Below, one piece after another: positions 26,493-36,332 of a DNA stretch of 40,465 bases (positions are counted from its first letter, which is position 1; each line of letters opens with the position of its first letter). The position numbers and the translations under genes were made by a program. The stretch is from the IMG/VR virus record IMGVR_UViG_3300038679_000219, positions 1 through 40,465 of that record. One strand, given 5' to 3'. The DNA is from a virus (taxonomy: Duplodnaviria > Caudoviricetes). The notes below the pieces were generated by a model. It was given only the letters and a program-made list of their open reading frames with translations, did no database searches and had not been told where the DNA came from.

Positions 26493-26810
26493 ATGGAAAA
26501 AGAAATAGGCGGAAAGAAATTCGAAATCCGGCCCCTCACTCGGGGCGAGGTTAAGGCCCTTAGAAAGAAGGGCTACAATATCGGGAATCTGTCTCTCGAA
26601 AACGCGGATGATGCCGCCGACGAGATCCTGGAGTTGGTCTGTGGGACGGAGCAGATCCAGGAGGTCGACAAACTTCCGAACGACCAGGCTCTGGACCTGT
26701 TCAAGGCGATCATCGACCTGAGTTACGGCAAAGGCGACGATGAAAAAAACTTGAAGCCATCTGGCAGTGGTACGAAGGCGGCGGACCTGCCAGGTGCAAA
26801 GGATGCATAG
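26493..26810 (+). CDS. Tail assembly chaperone (G-like)
   Basis: Between the tube and tape measure genes; contains the slippery site. Confidence 0.8.
   Translation: MEKEIGGKKFEIRPLTRGEVKALRKKGYNIGNLSLENADDAADEILELVCGTEQIQEVDKLPNDQALDLFKAIIDLSYGKGDDEKNLKPSGSGTKAADLPGAKDA
26744..26750 (+). promoter_or_regulatory. Programmed -1 frameshift slippery site A AAA AAC
   Basis: The -1 frame stays open as LEAIWQWYEGG...LLRENEDAWDLW and runs into the ORF ending at 27202. Confidence 0.85.
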
Positions 26811-27202
26811 ATCGGTCTCGGTGTGATCAATGCCGGAACGCCCCGCCCGCTTTGCTGAGGGAAAATGAAGACGCCTGGGATCTATGGACAAACGTCTTGA
26901 CGCAATGGCGGGTGGGGCCGAACGGTGTGATCGGTCTCGATTACAATGCCGCCGCCATGATTGCGGGCGTGATCGAGATCGAATTTGACAAGGTGGTTTT
27001 ACGAAAGCTCCGGGTTCTCGAACAGAGCGTATTGAAGGGGATTCATGACAAGCAGGATGACCGTCCGCATAATGACCCGAAATCAGCATTTTGCCGGGCC
27101 TGCCGGGTGGCAAAAAAGAACGTGGACTGCTCGACCTGCAATATCGACCAAATAATTGTGAAGAGTCCAAATGACAAAACTCGAAATAATCATCGCAGCT
27201 AA
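26750..27202 (+). CDS. Frameshift extension of the tail chaperone (GT-like, DUF1799-like)
   Basis: ENEDAWDLW...TQWRVG...GLDY...LRVLE; in the -1 frame of the chaperone. Confidence 0.75.
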   Translation, partial: LEAIWQWYEGGGPARCKGCIDRSRCDQCRNAPPALLRENEDAWDLWTNVLTQWRVGPNGVIGLDYNAAAMIAGVIEIEFDKVVLRKLRVLEQSVLKGIHDKQDDRPHNDPKSAFCRACRVAKKNVDCSTCNIDQIIVKSPNDKTRNNHRS

Positions 27203-30200
27203 AGACCTGGCGTCCGGCGTCTTACAGACAGTGAACGGCGCAACGCGCTCCTATAGGCAGACGCTCCAGGAGACCAACAGCACTGCAAACGAATTTTCCG
27301 GGACGATCCGCAATCTATTCCTGTCGTTCGGCGGTTATGCCGTCATCAAAAATGCGATGACTGCCGGGTATGGGTTCAATTCCGTGATGGAAGAAACCAA
27401 AGTCGGGTTGGCCTCTTTGATCTATTCCATGCGGGAATTCAGGGACGGAACGGGAGAGGTCGTAACTGGACAGCGGGCCTTCGCCGCCGCCCTGGGGTTG
27501 AGCGTCGAGACGCAGAACCGGCTTCGCATCGCCGGGCTGGAAACCGCCGCAACCTATGAGCAACTGACGAAGGCTTACACCCAGGCTTACGTCCCGGCCC
27601 TGAAGGCTGGTTTCGATGAAAAAATGGTCGTGAACTTCTCCACGGCCATAGTCCAGGCGGCCACGTCCATGCGCGTTCCGCTTGATATGCTCGGTGAGGA
27701 AGTCCGAAGCATCCTGAGCGGCAATATGACGCCGAGAACGACCATGCTGCAGCCGCTCATGGAGGCGGCCGGGCTGACAAACGAAAAGATGCGCCAACTG
27801 AACGCAACAGGGAAGCTCTATCCTGCCGTCATGAAGGCCCTTGAAGGGGCCACAGTCGGCGCAGCAGAGGCATCCAAGAATCTATCCGTCCAGTTGTCCA
27901 ACCTGAAGGACGCAGCCACCCAGGCCCTCGGAAAGGGCATGGAAATAGGCTTTCAAAAGACAAAGAGCATCATCAAGGATGTCACCGATTCCATCGTCAC
28001 GTTCAATAAGGAAACCGGAGAGATCAAATGGAATGAAAGCCTGATCGTCTCCCTGCAGAAGATGGACGAGAAGATCTTCTCCATCATCGACGGCATCCGG
28101 GGCATGAGCAAGGCCATTAGCGATTTCACGAAAAATCATCCCGTCATCGTGGATCTCCTTACCGGATTCGGCGGTCTGGCGGTGAAGATCCTGGCCGTCG
28201 GCGTAGCCATCAGGGCCATCGGTGGAACGGTGACCTGGCTTGCTTCCCTGGTCGCTGCCAATGTTGCCTTCATGGCGGGCCTGTTTGCCCCGGTAGTGGC
28301 GTCAATCGAAAGCCTGTTTGCAGCGGCGCTGGCTGGTGCGGGAGGTCTGGCGACAATGGCGACGGCAGCCGCATTGGCTGCCGGAACTATGGCCGGTATT
28401 GGGGCGGCATTTATCGGATGGAAGTTGGGCCAGCAGATCGCTCAGATGGAGATCCTGGGGCTGACCATTGGTGAAGCTATGCAGGCCGGGTACGCCTCCG
28501 TCGCCAAGTTCGGCGCGTATGCCGTTTATACCTGGGACATGATCGGCGCCACCGCAAAATCGGTGTGGGGACAGGTCAAAGAGGCAGGGAGAATCCTCTT
28601 TTACGAGTTTATTGCCACCATCCAGGAATCCTTTCCCAAGATGGCGCAGTTCTTTGGGCTGACGGAGGTTTACCGAAAAAAGGCCGATTCCGCCAGAACA
28701 GCGCAAGGTGCCATCTATCAGGATTTCATAAAAAATCAGACGGCAGCCGAAGGTAAGCTGAAGCAGGAGTTGAATGTCCAGGAGTCGATCCGCGAGGAGA
28801 TATTCAGGGGAGCCGACGCCAGGAATAAAATCAAGAACGCTACGGACAGCGCCACGAAGAGCACGGAAGAGCTTACTGCCGGAAGCCGTAAGGGAAAGGC
28901 GGCTGCCGTTGAATATAACCTGTCCCACGAAGGCGTGAATCAGACCCTGGACCGGATGACCGATATTCTCAAGTCCGCTAAGGAGAAGATCCTTGAATTT
29001 GCGTCGGAAATCAAGAAACTGACCGCGACGTCTCACGGGGCCAAGCTGATTGACATCGAGGATGCCTACCGGAAGGACATGGCGGCCGTGGAGAAGTACA
29101 AGACCGATATGGAGCGGGCCGTCCGGGAATTACAGGAGAAAATCTCGAAAGCACAAAAAGATGCTGCAAAGAAAAACGCCAAACGGGACGCCAATGATCC
29201 CATCACTGCCGTCGATCCGGCGCTCCAGGCCGACCTGAAGAACATGCTCAAGGCCCAGGAGGAAGTGAACGCTCAGGTCGAGACCATGCGCAAACAGGCG
29301 AAAGATAAGCGGGACATCGCCGTTGCTCAGGAAAACGCCGAATCTCTGGCGAGCGTCCGTTCGTTCGTTACCGCTCAGACACAGGAATACACCCAACTGA
29401 CCGGGAACGTCAGGGCCGGTTACAAAGCGGAAGCCGATGCGTTGCGAGCGAAACTCGCGGAGGAGCTGGAGGACGTCAAGATCTCTGCCGAGAAAAAGGC
29501 GGCCATCACGCTCCTGTACAACGAGAAGATCCGTCAGGCCGAGGTGGTAAAACCTGCCGAGTATGACCGGGCGGCACGGGAGGCGGAACTTAACAATCGC
29601 CTGGCCAGCCTGGATTTGATCGAGGCCGAGGGTACGGCGCATCGAAATACCATAAATGAACGCATTCGTCTGACGGAACAACTTATCTCCCTGCAGCGTC
29701 AATCGCTCGCGGCGATGCCCAAGACGGGCAATGAGCAGGCATGGAATGCGCAAATGGATAAGATTATCGCCGAGATGAAGAAACGGGCGGAGCTGGCCCG
29801 TGAGACGTTGATGAATGAGCCACTGGAGGCGTTTAAGCTGGGGTTCAAGGACATTTTAAACCAATGGACCGACACGGGTAAGCAGATGTATGACATCGCC
29901 CAAACAACGGCCCAGGCAATGCAGCAGGGCTTTTCTGACTTATTTTTCGACGCCTTTCAGGGAAAGCTCAAAAGCCTGGCGGACTATCTCAACGCCTTTT
30001 TGACATCCGTTCATCGAGCCCTGGCTAACGCCCTGTCACAACAGGTGTCGGCTGGGATCACCAGCGGGATTCAGGGGCTATTTAACAGCGGGTCGTCTCC
30101 GGGAGCGAATTACGAGATCGGTGCTGTTGGGTCTCCCTACACCGCCAGCGAAGCGGCCTATATCAATACCGGTGTTTGGCATGGAGGCGGTGGCCCTGGG

Positions 30201-30539
30201 GATTCACCTAAATCGTATAACATCATCCCGAATTTCGCCTTTGCCGGAGCCCCTCGTTTTCACGGCGGATTCGCGCCTGATGAATATCCCGCCATTCTGC
30301 AGCGTGGAGAAGGTGTTTTCACCGCCGGGCAGATGAAGGCCCTGGGGCTCATGGCGAATAGTGGCTCTCTTCCGAAGGTGACCGTCAATATTGACAACCA
30401 GACGGGCACGCAGATGGAAACGGAGCAGAACGACATCCGGTTCGATCACGAGCAGCTTATCATCAACGTGGTGGCCAAAAAAGCGAAGAGCAGCCCTGAT
30501 TTCAGGAGCCTCCTGGCCACCGGCGGGAGGGGTGCATGA
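27171..30539 (+). CDS. Tail tape measure protein
   Basis: 1122 aa, Ala-rich and helical, central hydrophobic segments, C-terminal PRFHGG...EYPAILQRGE. Confidence 0.92.
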   Translation: MTKLEIIIAAKDLASGVLQTVNGATRSYRQTLQETNSTANEFSGTIRNLFLSFGGYAVIKNAMTAGYGFNSVMEETKVGLASLIYSMREFRDGTGEVVTGQRAFAAALGLSVETQNRLRIAGLETAATYEQLTKAYTQAYVPALKAGFDEKMVVNFSTAIVQAATSMRVPLDMLGEEVRSILSGNMTPRTTMLQPLMEAAGLTNEKMRQLNATGKLYPAVMKALEGATVGAAEASKNLSVQLSNLKDAATQALGKGMEIGFQKTKSIIKDVTDSIVTFNKETGEIKWNESLIVSLQKMDEKIFSIIDGIRGMSKAISDFTKNHPVIVDLLTGFGGLAVKILAVGVAIRAIGGTVTWLASLVAANVAFMAGLFAPVVASIESLFAAALAGAGGLATMATAAALAAGTMAGIGAAFIGWKLGQQIAQMEILGLTIGEAMQAGYASVAKFGAYAVYTWDMIGATAKSVWGQVKEAGRILFYEFIATIQESFPKMAQFFGLTEVYRKKADSARTAQGAIYQDFIKNQTAAEGKLKQELNVQESIREEIFRGADARNKIKNATDSATKSTEELTAGSRKGKAAAVEYNLSHEGVNQTLDRMTDILKSAKEKILEFASEIKKLTATSHGAKLIDIEDAYRKDMAAVEKYKTDMERAVRELQEKISKAQKDAAKKNAKRDANDPITAVDPALQADLKNMLKAQEEVNAQVETMRKQAKDKRDIAVAQENAESLASVRSFVTAQTQEYTQLTGNVRAGYKAEADALRAKLAEELEDVKISAEKKAAITLLYNEKIRQAEVVKPAEYDRAAREAELNNRLASLDLIEAEGTAHRNTINERIRLTEQLISLQRQSLAAMPKTGNEQAWNAQMDKIIAEMKKRAELARETLMNEPLEAFKLGFKDILNQWTDTGKQMYDIAQTTAQAMQQGFSDLFFDAFQGKLKSLADYLNAFLTSVHRALANALSQQVSAGITSGIQGLFNSGSSPGANYEIGAVGSPYTASEAAYINTGVWHGGGGPGDSPKSYNIIPNFAFAGAPRFHGGFAPDEYPAILQRGEGVFTAGQMKALGLMANSGSLPKVTVNIDNQTGTQMETEQNDIRFDHEQLIINVVAKKAKSSPDFRSLLATGGRGA

Positions 30540-30943
30540 GTGGCGTTTACGAAAACACCGAATATGACCTGATCTCTGCCCCTATGGGCGGATACAAACC
30601 GATGATTGTATCTCCGAAAGTTCGTTTTCAGGCGACGGCGGGATATGTCCATCAGCGCGACCGCTACCCCGCCCGTGGCAAAAAGATTGTCATTGAATCT
30701 CCAAACATGAGCCAGGGCGAATATAACATGCAACGTGCCTGGATCGACTACATAGGCTCGGAAACATTCTGGTATGTCCTGCCAACTTCCCTGGAGCCCA
30801 GGCCGGACGGCCAGGTCATTCCCAGGGCGATTCTGGCGAGGATCATCGATGAAGAAATTCCGGAGGATCCCGTAGAGTATGGCGACGGCTATATATATCA
30901 TACCAGGATCACCCTTGAATCTATCGGACCGGAGGTGGAATGA
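30536..30943 (+). CDS. Distal tail (Dit/gpM-like) protein
   Basis: Position after the tape measure gene; 135 aa. Confidence 0.55.
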   Translation: MSGVYENTEYDLISAPMGGYKPMIVSPKVRFQATAGYVHQRDRYPARGKKIVIESPNMSQGEYNMQRAWIDYIGSETFWYVLPTSLEPRPDGQVIPRAILARIIDEEIPEDPVEYGDGYIYHTRITLESIGPEVE

Positions 30944-31593
30944 TGGCCAGGACGATACCGGATGACGACCACCGAAATTTCAACAAACCTTCTGTATGGG
31001 TGCCCCTTTTTGAAATCACTCTGGAGACTCAGACGCTTTATTACACGCCGAACCAGGAAGAGATCGTCGTGGACGGCAATACCTATTCGCCTTTCCCCGT
31101 CATGCTGGACGAGATCCGGGACGACGGCAAGGGCGAGATCGCCACGGTTCAGTTGACCATCTCCAATATCGATGGCGTCCTGGGAACCTATCTTAAGCAG
31201 TCCGGATCCGTTGATGGGCAGACGATTATTTTCAAGCTCTATTCCGCAGAAAAGGACGATATCGTCTATCAAGAAACGCTGGAGATCCTCAAATGCGGGC
31301 CGATCACGGACGACGCCATCGTCCTTGAGTTGGGGACGTTCAATCCATTCATGGTGTCGCTCCTTCAGGAGAAATACCTGACCGATTTCTGTTGGAACCG
31401 CTACAAGGGGAAAGGCTGCTATATCAAGCAAATAGACGGCACTTATGCACAGCCGTCCGGATTTATAGCCGGATCTCCAGATTCCTGCAGCCACACCCTG
31501 GCGGATTGCGAGCGACACACGAATGTTTTGAGGTTCAATTCTTTTCCCGGCATTCCCGGATCTGCCTATGTGGGAGGTGGTGGCTTTGTATAA
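30940..31593 (+). CDS. Minor tail protein L-like
   Basis: GNTYSPFP, LTISNIDG and Cys cluster CWNRYKGKGC...C.HTLADC...F.SFPGIP. Confidence 0.8.
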   Translation: MMARTIPDDDHRNFNKPSVWVPLFEITLETQTLYYTPNQEEIVVDGNTYSPFPVMLDEIRDDGKGEIATVQLTISNIDGVLGTYLKQSGSVDGQTIIFKLYSAEKDDIVYQETLEILKCGPITDDAIVLELGTFNPFMVSLLQEKYLTDFCWNRYKGKGCYIKQIDGTYAQPSGFIAGSPDSCSHTLADCERHTNVLRFNSFPGIPGSAYVGGGGFV

Positions 31594-34500
31594 TCATCCT
31601 GCTCCTGTTCCCATTGCATATACCCCGGTCGAGTGGAAAGACCTGATCGGGATCCAGTACGCCCTCCGGGGAGAACATGACCCTCTGTGTCTGAACTGTT
31701 ATGGCCTGATTCGGGAGGTTTATTGCAGGCTAAAAGTCGAGCTGCCTGCCCGTGATGAAGACGGCATCGATGAGGCGCTGATCGCTACTGAGGGAAGAAA
31801 CTGGATCAAGATCTCACGCCCTCAGCCCTATTCCGTAGCCCTGCTGAAGATGCCTTCTGGCAACTATCACCTCGGCATCGTGACGCCGGAGATGAGTCTG
31901 CTCCATTCTCTTCCCCACAAGGGCGTCGTGTTGTCTCGCCTTTCCCGGTACGATTCGTTTATCGTCGGTTACTATGCGTACAAGCCTGGCGGCGGGGAAT
32001 CGTTGCCGGACGGGGATGGAGGAAACTCCGGCAGGATGATAGCACAAATTCTGGTGGTTATCGTCGCGGCGATTGCGACTTGGTATGTCGGCGGCGCGGG
32101 TGGTTATGGAGTTGCGGGATTGAACATGGGTGCTGGCTGGGGAATGGCGGCGGGGATGGCCGTTACTTTGGCCGGCAATATGGTCATCAATGCCACCATG
32201 CCCCTTGCCCCTCCGGAGGTCCCACAGATCTCCGGCTTCAGCGGCGACATCGCCGCCAGCAGCGTTTACAACCGCTATGACTGGAACGGGATCACCAACG
32301 AGGCCAGCCAGGGCCTGGTGAAGCCCATGATCTTCGGGATAATCAGGACAGGCGGCCAGATCGTCAGCGAGAAGACCTGGTATGATCCGAGCGAGAACGA
32401 ATATCTGGACATGCTGCTCTGCCCGGCAGGTCACCGGATCACCCGCTTTGAGGATATTCGCATCAACGACACGGTCTATACCTACTTCAAGGGGGCCTAC
32501 ATCGATTCGCGGATGGGCGATGATGAGCAGACCATGATGGACATGTTTGACGTCATCCACGTCCAATATGCCTCCGGTGCCAGGGTTCCTTATGATGCGT
32601 CGACAAGCGGTCCTTCCAACGTGGTCCTGTTCGCCTCGAAAGCGAGGATCACCGGGGCAAGACTGACGATTGTTGGCCCTCGTGGAATCTGTGAATATAC
32701 CGGCGGCGCTTATGTGGCCAGAAGCGTCGATTTCCGTATCCAGTATCGGAAAACCTCAGCAAGCACCTGGAATTTCATCCCTGGAGACGGCGTCGTCGGC
32801 CCTGGGGATATCACTGAAACAAACAGCGGGTTCTCCGGGAGAATTACCTGGGGCTTCGACAGCAATATTGAGACGACCTACATCTCCTTCACCCTCAATA
32901 GCTACTGGACCATCGACAATTCAACCTATTTCTCCAATTCAGGGTATCGGGTGTATTACCGGGAGACCGGGGCGAGTTCATGGATACTTCACAACACATA
33001 TGAGTTCGGCACTCCTGCCGGAGATCCATTCACACAGCCGAATGCAAACGGATCCGTCAACGTCGTCATTAACAATCTTCCTGAAGGCTATTATCAGGTG
33101 CGTGTGGACTGGTATCACGACTGGTGTACGAACGTATACGGGACCCACAACCGAAGCGCCTTTGCTATTACCAGTGTTGTCATGGCGTCGCAGGGGGAAG
33201 CCTTTACGATCAGCGGCGATTCCCTATCGCCGACGTCTGCCGTATCCAGAACAGCGCAAATCACCGGCCTGGACAAAGACTACTATTACTTCCGGATCTG
33301 GAGGACGACGACCGACCAGGATACCGAGCTTTGGATGGACGATATTTATCTTAAGTCCTATGCCGAAATCATCGATGCTCAGTGTTCCTATCCGAACCAC
33401 TCTCTGCTGGGCGTCCGGGCAATGGCGACGGACAGGCTCTCCGGGGCCCGCCCGAAGGTTACCTCCGTCGTCACGGGTCCCCCCTTATCGGTTCCTCCTG
33501 CCGCCGACCGGGAAGACACGACCGTCTATGCCGACGAGGGCCTGGTCACTGGAACGGGAACCGAGATCAATGAGATCAACGTCGACGGCCTGCGCAAGAT
33601 CAAAATCAATGCCGCCCTCGCCGATCCGGACACGGTTCCGGACACGTATTACTGGCTGGTCTTCATGGCTTCCTCCGGTTACGCCCAGGACGCCCGGCCC
33701 TTGACGAAGTTTTATGTCCGGGTCGAGACCTGGGAATTGACTGATTCCAATACGAAAACCAGGCTCTATGTCCGGATGGCGGAAACGGTTACGGCGGGCG
33801 CTTCCGTCATGGCCTTTCACGAAAGCGACGCTCCGACCAGAAACACCGCCTGGGCCACTGCATTAATGCTTTTGAACGGTTCTCAGGGGCGGATCACGAT
33901 CAGCGACGACCACTGGTCCTATTGGGAAGAGTGGAACGATTGGAATGAAGAGCTGGTTTATAACGCGGCAACCCTCGCATATGAAAAGCGGCACCAGTAT
34001 GATGCCGTGATCGATTTTCAGTCCGACCTGTGGAGCACTGCCTTCAGGGCGGCAGCCACCGCCAGGGCGGCGCTGGTCGCTTCCGGCGGCAGTTATCGTC
34101 CCGTGATCGACCGGGCGGCCACGGAAGTGCAGATCTTCGCTGAAGGTAATGCCGCAAATAGCCGCGTCGAGATGATCCCGAAGCAGGATCGTCCCAACAT
34201 CCTGGTCACCACTTTCCTCGATGAAAATGACAACTACAAACAGAAAACCATCTCCGAGGAGGATGTGGCTGCTGGTGAATATCCGATTGTGAAGACCATT
34301 CCCATCCAGGTCGGCGTCGTCCGGGAATCCCAGGTGCGCCGCCTGCTGAAATACATGCTGGCGCAGAACCGCTATGTGACCCACACGATCTCCCTGGACG
34401 CCGGGCTCGATGCCATCGAATGCGAGGTCGGCGATGCCTTTTTGAATCAGTCCCAGGCGAAGGACCTGGCGTTTTCCGGCAGGATTCAGGAGGTCTCCGG

Positions 34501-34801
34501 CAGCAACGTCCTTCTGGATCGGGAATTCACGCCGGAAGCGGGCGAAACCTATAAACTGTCCATCTGGGGCGACGGGGCCATCTATACCTGGCAGGGCACC
34601 CTGACCGGGACGGATATTCAGACGATCCCGCTGCCGACGGGCTTTGTCATGACCGACATGTACGAATATCCCTATATGCTGACGAAGTTGACTGCCGAAC
34701 GGACAAAATACCGGCTGCTTGGCGTCAAGAGACCCGTATCGACTATGCATTCCGAACTCGCGGCCATCGAGTATCGCTCCGAGGTCTATGCGAATGATTG
34801 A
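31568..34801 (+). CDS. Tail tip protein: NlpC/P60 (K-like) + I-like hydrophobic segment + J-like host-specificity region
   Basis: LNCYGL...HLGIV...LLHS at the N-terminus, a Gly/Ala-rich TM-like segment, then KPMIFG, SYPNHSLLG and ECEVGD J-like motifs. Confidence 0.8.
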   Translation: MWEVVALYNHPAPVPIAYTPVEWKDLIGIQYALRGEHDPLCLNCYGLIREVYCRLKVELPARDEDGIDEALIATEGRNWIKISRPQPYSVALLKMPSGNYHLGIVTPEMSLLHSLPHKGVVLSRLSRYDSFIVGYYAYKPGGGESLPDGDGGNSGRMIAQILVVIVAAIATWYVGGAGGYGVAGLNMGAGWGMAAGMAVTLAGNMVINATMPLAPPEVPQISGFSGDIAASSVYNRYDWNGITNEASQGLVKPMIFGIIRTGGQIVSEKTWYDPSENEYLDMLLCPAGHRITRFEDIRINDTVYTYFKGAYIDSRMGDDEQTMMDMFDVIHVQYASGARVPYDASTSGPSNVVLFASKARITGARLTIVGPRGICEYTGGAYVARSVDFRIQYRKTSASTWNFIPGDGVVGPGDITETNSGFSGRITWGFDSNIETTYISFTLNSYWTIDNSTYFSNSGYRVYYRETGASSWILHNTYEFGTPAGDPFTQPNANGSVNVVINNLPEGYYQVRVDWYHDWCTNVYGTHNRSAFAITSVVMASQGEAFTISGDSLSPTSAVSRTAQITGLDKDYYYFRIWRTTTDQDTELWMDDIYLKSYAEIIDAQCSYPNHSLLGVRAMATDRLSGARPKVTSVVTGPPLSVPPAADREDTTVYADEGLVTGTGTEINEINVDGLRKIKINAALADPDTVPDTYYWLVFMASSGYAQDARPLTKFYVRVETWELTDSNTKTRLYVRMAETVTAGASVMAFHESDAPTRNTAWATALMLLNGSQGRITISDDHWSYWEEWNDWNEELVYNAATLAYEKRHQYDAVIDFQSDLWSTAFRAAATARAALVASGGSYRPVIDRAATEVQIFAEGNAANSRVEMIPKQDRPNILVTTFLDENDNYKQKTISEEDVAAGEYPIVKTIPIQVGVVRESQVRRLLKYMLAQNRYVTHTISLDAGLDAIECEVGDAFLNQSQAKDLAFSGRIQEVSGSNVLLDREFTPEAGETYKLSIWGDGAIYTWQGTLTGTDIQTIPLPTGFVMTDMYEYPYMLTKLTAERTKYRLLGVKRPVSTMHSELAAIEYRSEVYAND

Positions 34802-34812
34802 AGGAGGTTGCC

Positions 34813-35763
34813 ATGAGTGATGTATTTCCAAGCGTTTTATACACCCTCTACGATCTGCGCTACAAAAAGATCACCGATCAGGACGCCAAAGACACGGCGC
34901 AAGATGCCGCCCTGGACGTCCACAAGGTCTATCCGGACGCCCATGCCGTGCAGAACGTCATGGAACCGGCGACGAACAATGCCGGGCGCGTCGGAGGGGC
35001 ATCCAAGAATTACGCGGCCGGGTATTTCCAACAGGTTTTTCTGGGTGGGGTTGGCAAAACCGCCTGGGATCTGGCCGCCTCCGGTTTGAACGGCCTGGTC
35101 ATGTCCGGGGTGTCCACCTTCGGTGGCGTCGACGGTATCACGATCACCCACAACCTCGGCTTGACGGGCTATGTCATCACGGCGACGCCCCTGGCCAAAG
35201 CGGAACGGGTCGGCGGGGTCTGGTACGTCCGGGCGGCCAACACCGTCACGGTCTATAACACCGGCGAGGCGGGAATACAGTTCACGATCACCATCGAGGT
35301 GGACGCCGGGATGACAACCCCGGCGCAGTGGCTCTGGCGTCATTACGGCGGTCTGCAGGTGGACGGCCAGATCTGGGCGAAGAACCTGATCGAGTCCCTG
35401 GACATCAAACCGGACAGCGACGCGGCCCGGACCCTGGGATCGGCGATCCTGCGCTACCTGCAGGGGCATTTTGTGAACCTGACCCTGGGTGGGGTGTCAA
35501 AGGCAGCCTGGCCGACAGCGGTCGCCGGATCGAACGGCAATGTTTTCATGAGCGGCGCTGTTACCCTGGCCGGTCAGGATGGAGTGACCGTGACGCATAG
35601 CAAAGGCGACACGAGTTATCTGGTCAAAACCATGCCCACCGGGACCGGCGGCCTGGGACGGATCGGCGACATTTCTTATGTGAAAGCAGCCAATACGGTC
35701 GTGATCTACAATTCCGGGCATGGCGGCTTCCCGGCGGACATCGAATTATCCAACGTGGTGTAA
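34813..35763 (+). CDS. Tail fibre-like protein with two tandem ~115-aa repeats
   Basis: LGGVGKTAW...DGITITHN...YVRAANTVTVYNTG versus LGGVSKAAW...DGVTVTHS...YVKAANTVVIYNSG. Confidence 0.75.
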   Translation: MSDVFPSVLYTLYDLRYKKITDQDAKDTAQDAALDVHKVYPDAHAVQNVMEPATNNAGRVGGASKNYAAGYFQQVFLGGVGKTAWDLAASGLNGLVMSGVSTFGGVDGITITHNLGLTGYVITATPLAKAERVGGVWYVRAANTVTVYNTGEAGIQFTITIEVDAGMTTPAQWLWRHYGGLQVDGQIWAKNLIESLDIKPDSDAARTLGSAILRYLQGHFVNLTLGGVSKAAWPTAVAGSNGNVFMSGAVTLAGQDGVTVTHSKGDTSYLVKTMPTGTGGLGRIGDISYVKAANTVVIYNSGHGGFPADIELSNVV

Positions 35764-35772
35764 GGAGGGCTT

Positions 35773-36321
35773 ATGATTATCGGCAATAATGACAAAATCA
35801 GCGTTCAGGGATCGACCTTTAACCTCGCCGCCTTTGCCTGCGCCCAGGGCAACGTCGCGGCCCAGGCGGTCGATTTGTCGCCCTATCAGGGGCATACGGT
35901 ACGGGTCTATCTCGACGGCAATCTCCAGATCCGGATCAATCCCAGGGAGGACATGTTCTGGCAACTGGCCGAGATGTCCATTCCGGCACCTCAGAGCCGC
36001 CAGATTCAGCAGGGAACCGTCGAAGTAGAAAAAACGGAATCGGAGACAATCTTACGAGGAGAGACCGACTTTGATGCCGTGCCGGGTATCGATGGAGCGG
36101 AAATAAAAGAGGTCGGGCATTACTGGAAAAACTACCGTCGCGGGTTGATTTGGCAAGCGGAGGCAACGGGGGTGCGCTGGCTGGGCGATATTGGTCCTAT
36201 CGTCGGAGAGGAATATCCGGTCACGCTGTTGAGGGCCGTTATCGAAACAAACATGGTCTCCGAGGTCATTCCGCTGGATCTGGAGGAAATCATCATTCAG
36301 GCGTTTGAAAATCCCGTTTAA
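35773..36321 (+). CDS. Hypothetical tail-associated protein
   Basis: RBS AAGGAGG; lies between the fibre gene and the DGR target. Confidence 0.7.
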   Translation: MIIGNNDKISVQGSTFNLAAFACAQGNVAAQAVDLSPYQGHTVRVYLDGNLQIRINPREDMFWQLAEMSIPAPQSRQIQQGTVEVEKTESETILRGETDFDAVPGIDGAEIKEVGHYWKNYRRGLIWQAEATGVRWLGDIGPIVGEEYPVTLLRAVIETNMVSEVIPLDLEEIIIQAFENPV

Positions 36322-36332
36322 AGGAGGACGAT

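Noticed and set aside
27171-36321. Second DGR target (another VR) among the tail genes
   Set aside because: No TR-like 3' end was seen by eye in other genes; a formal alignment was not run.
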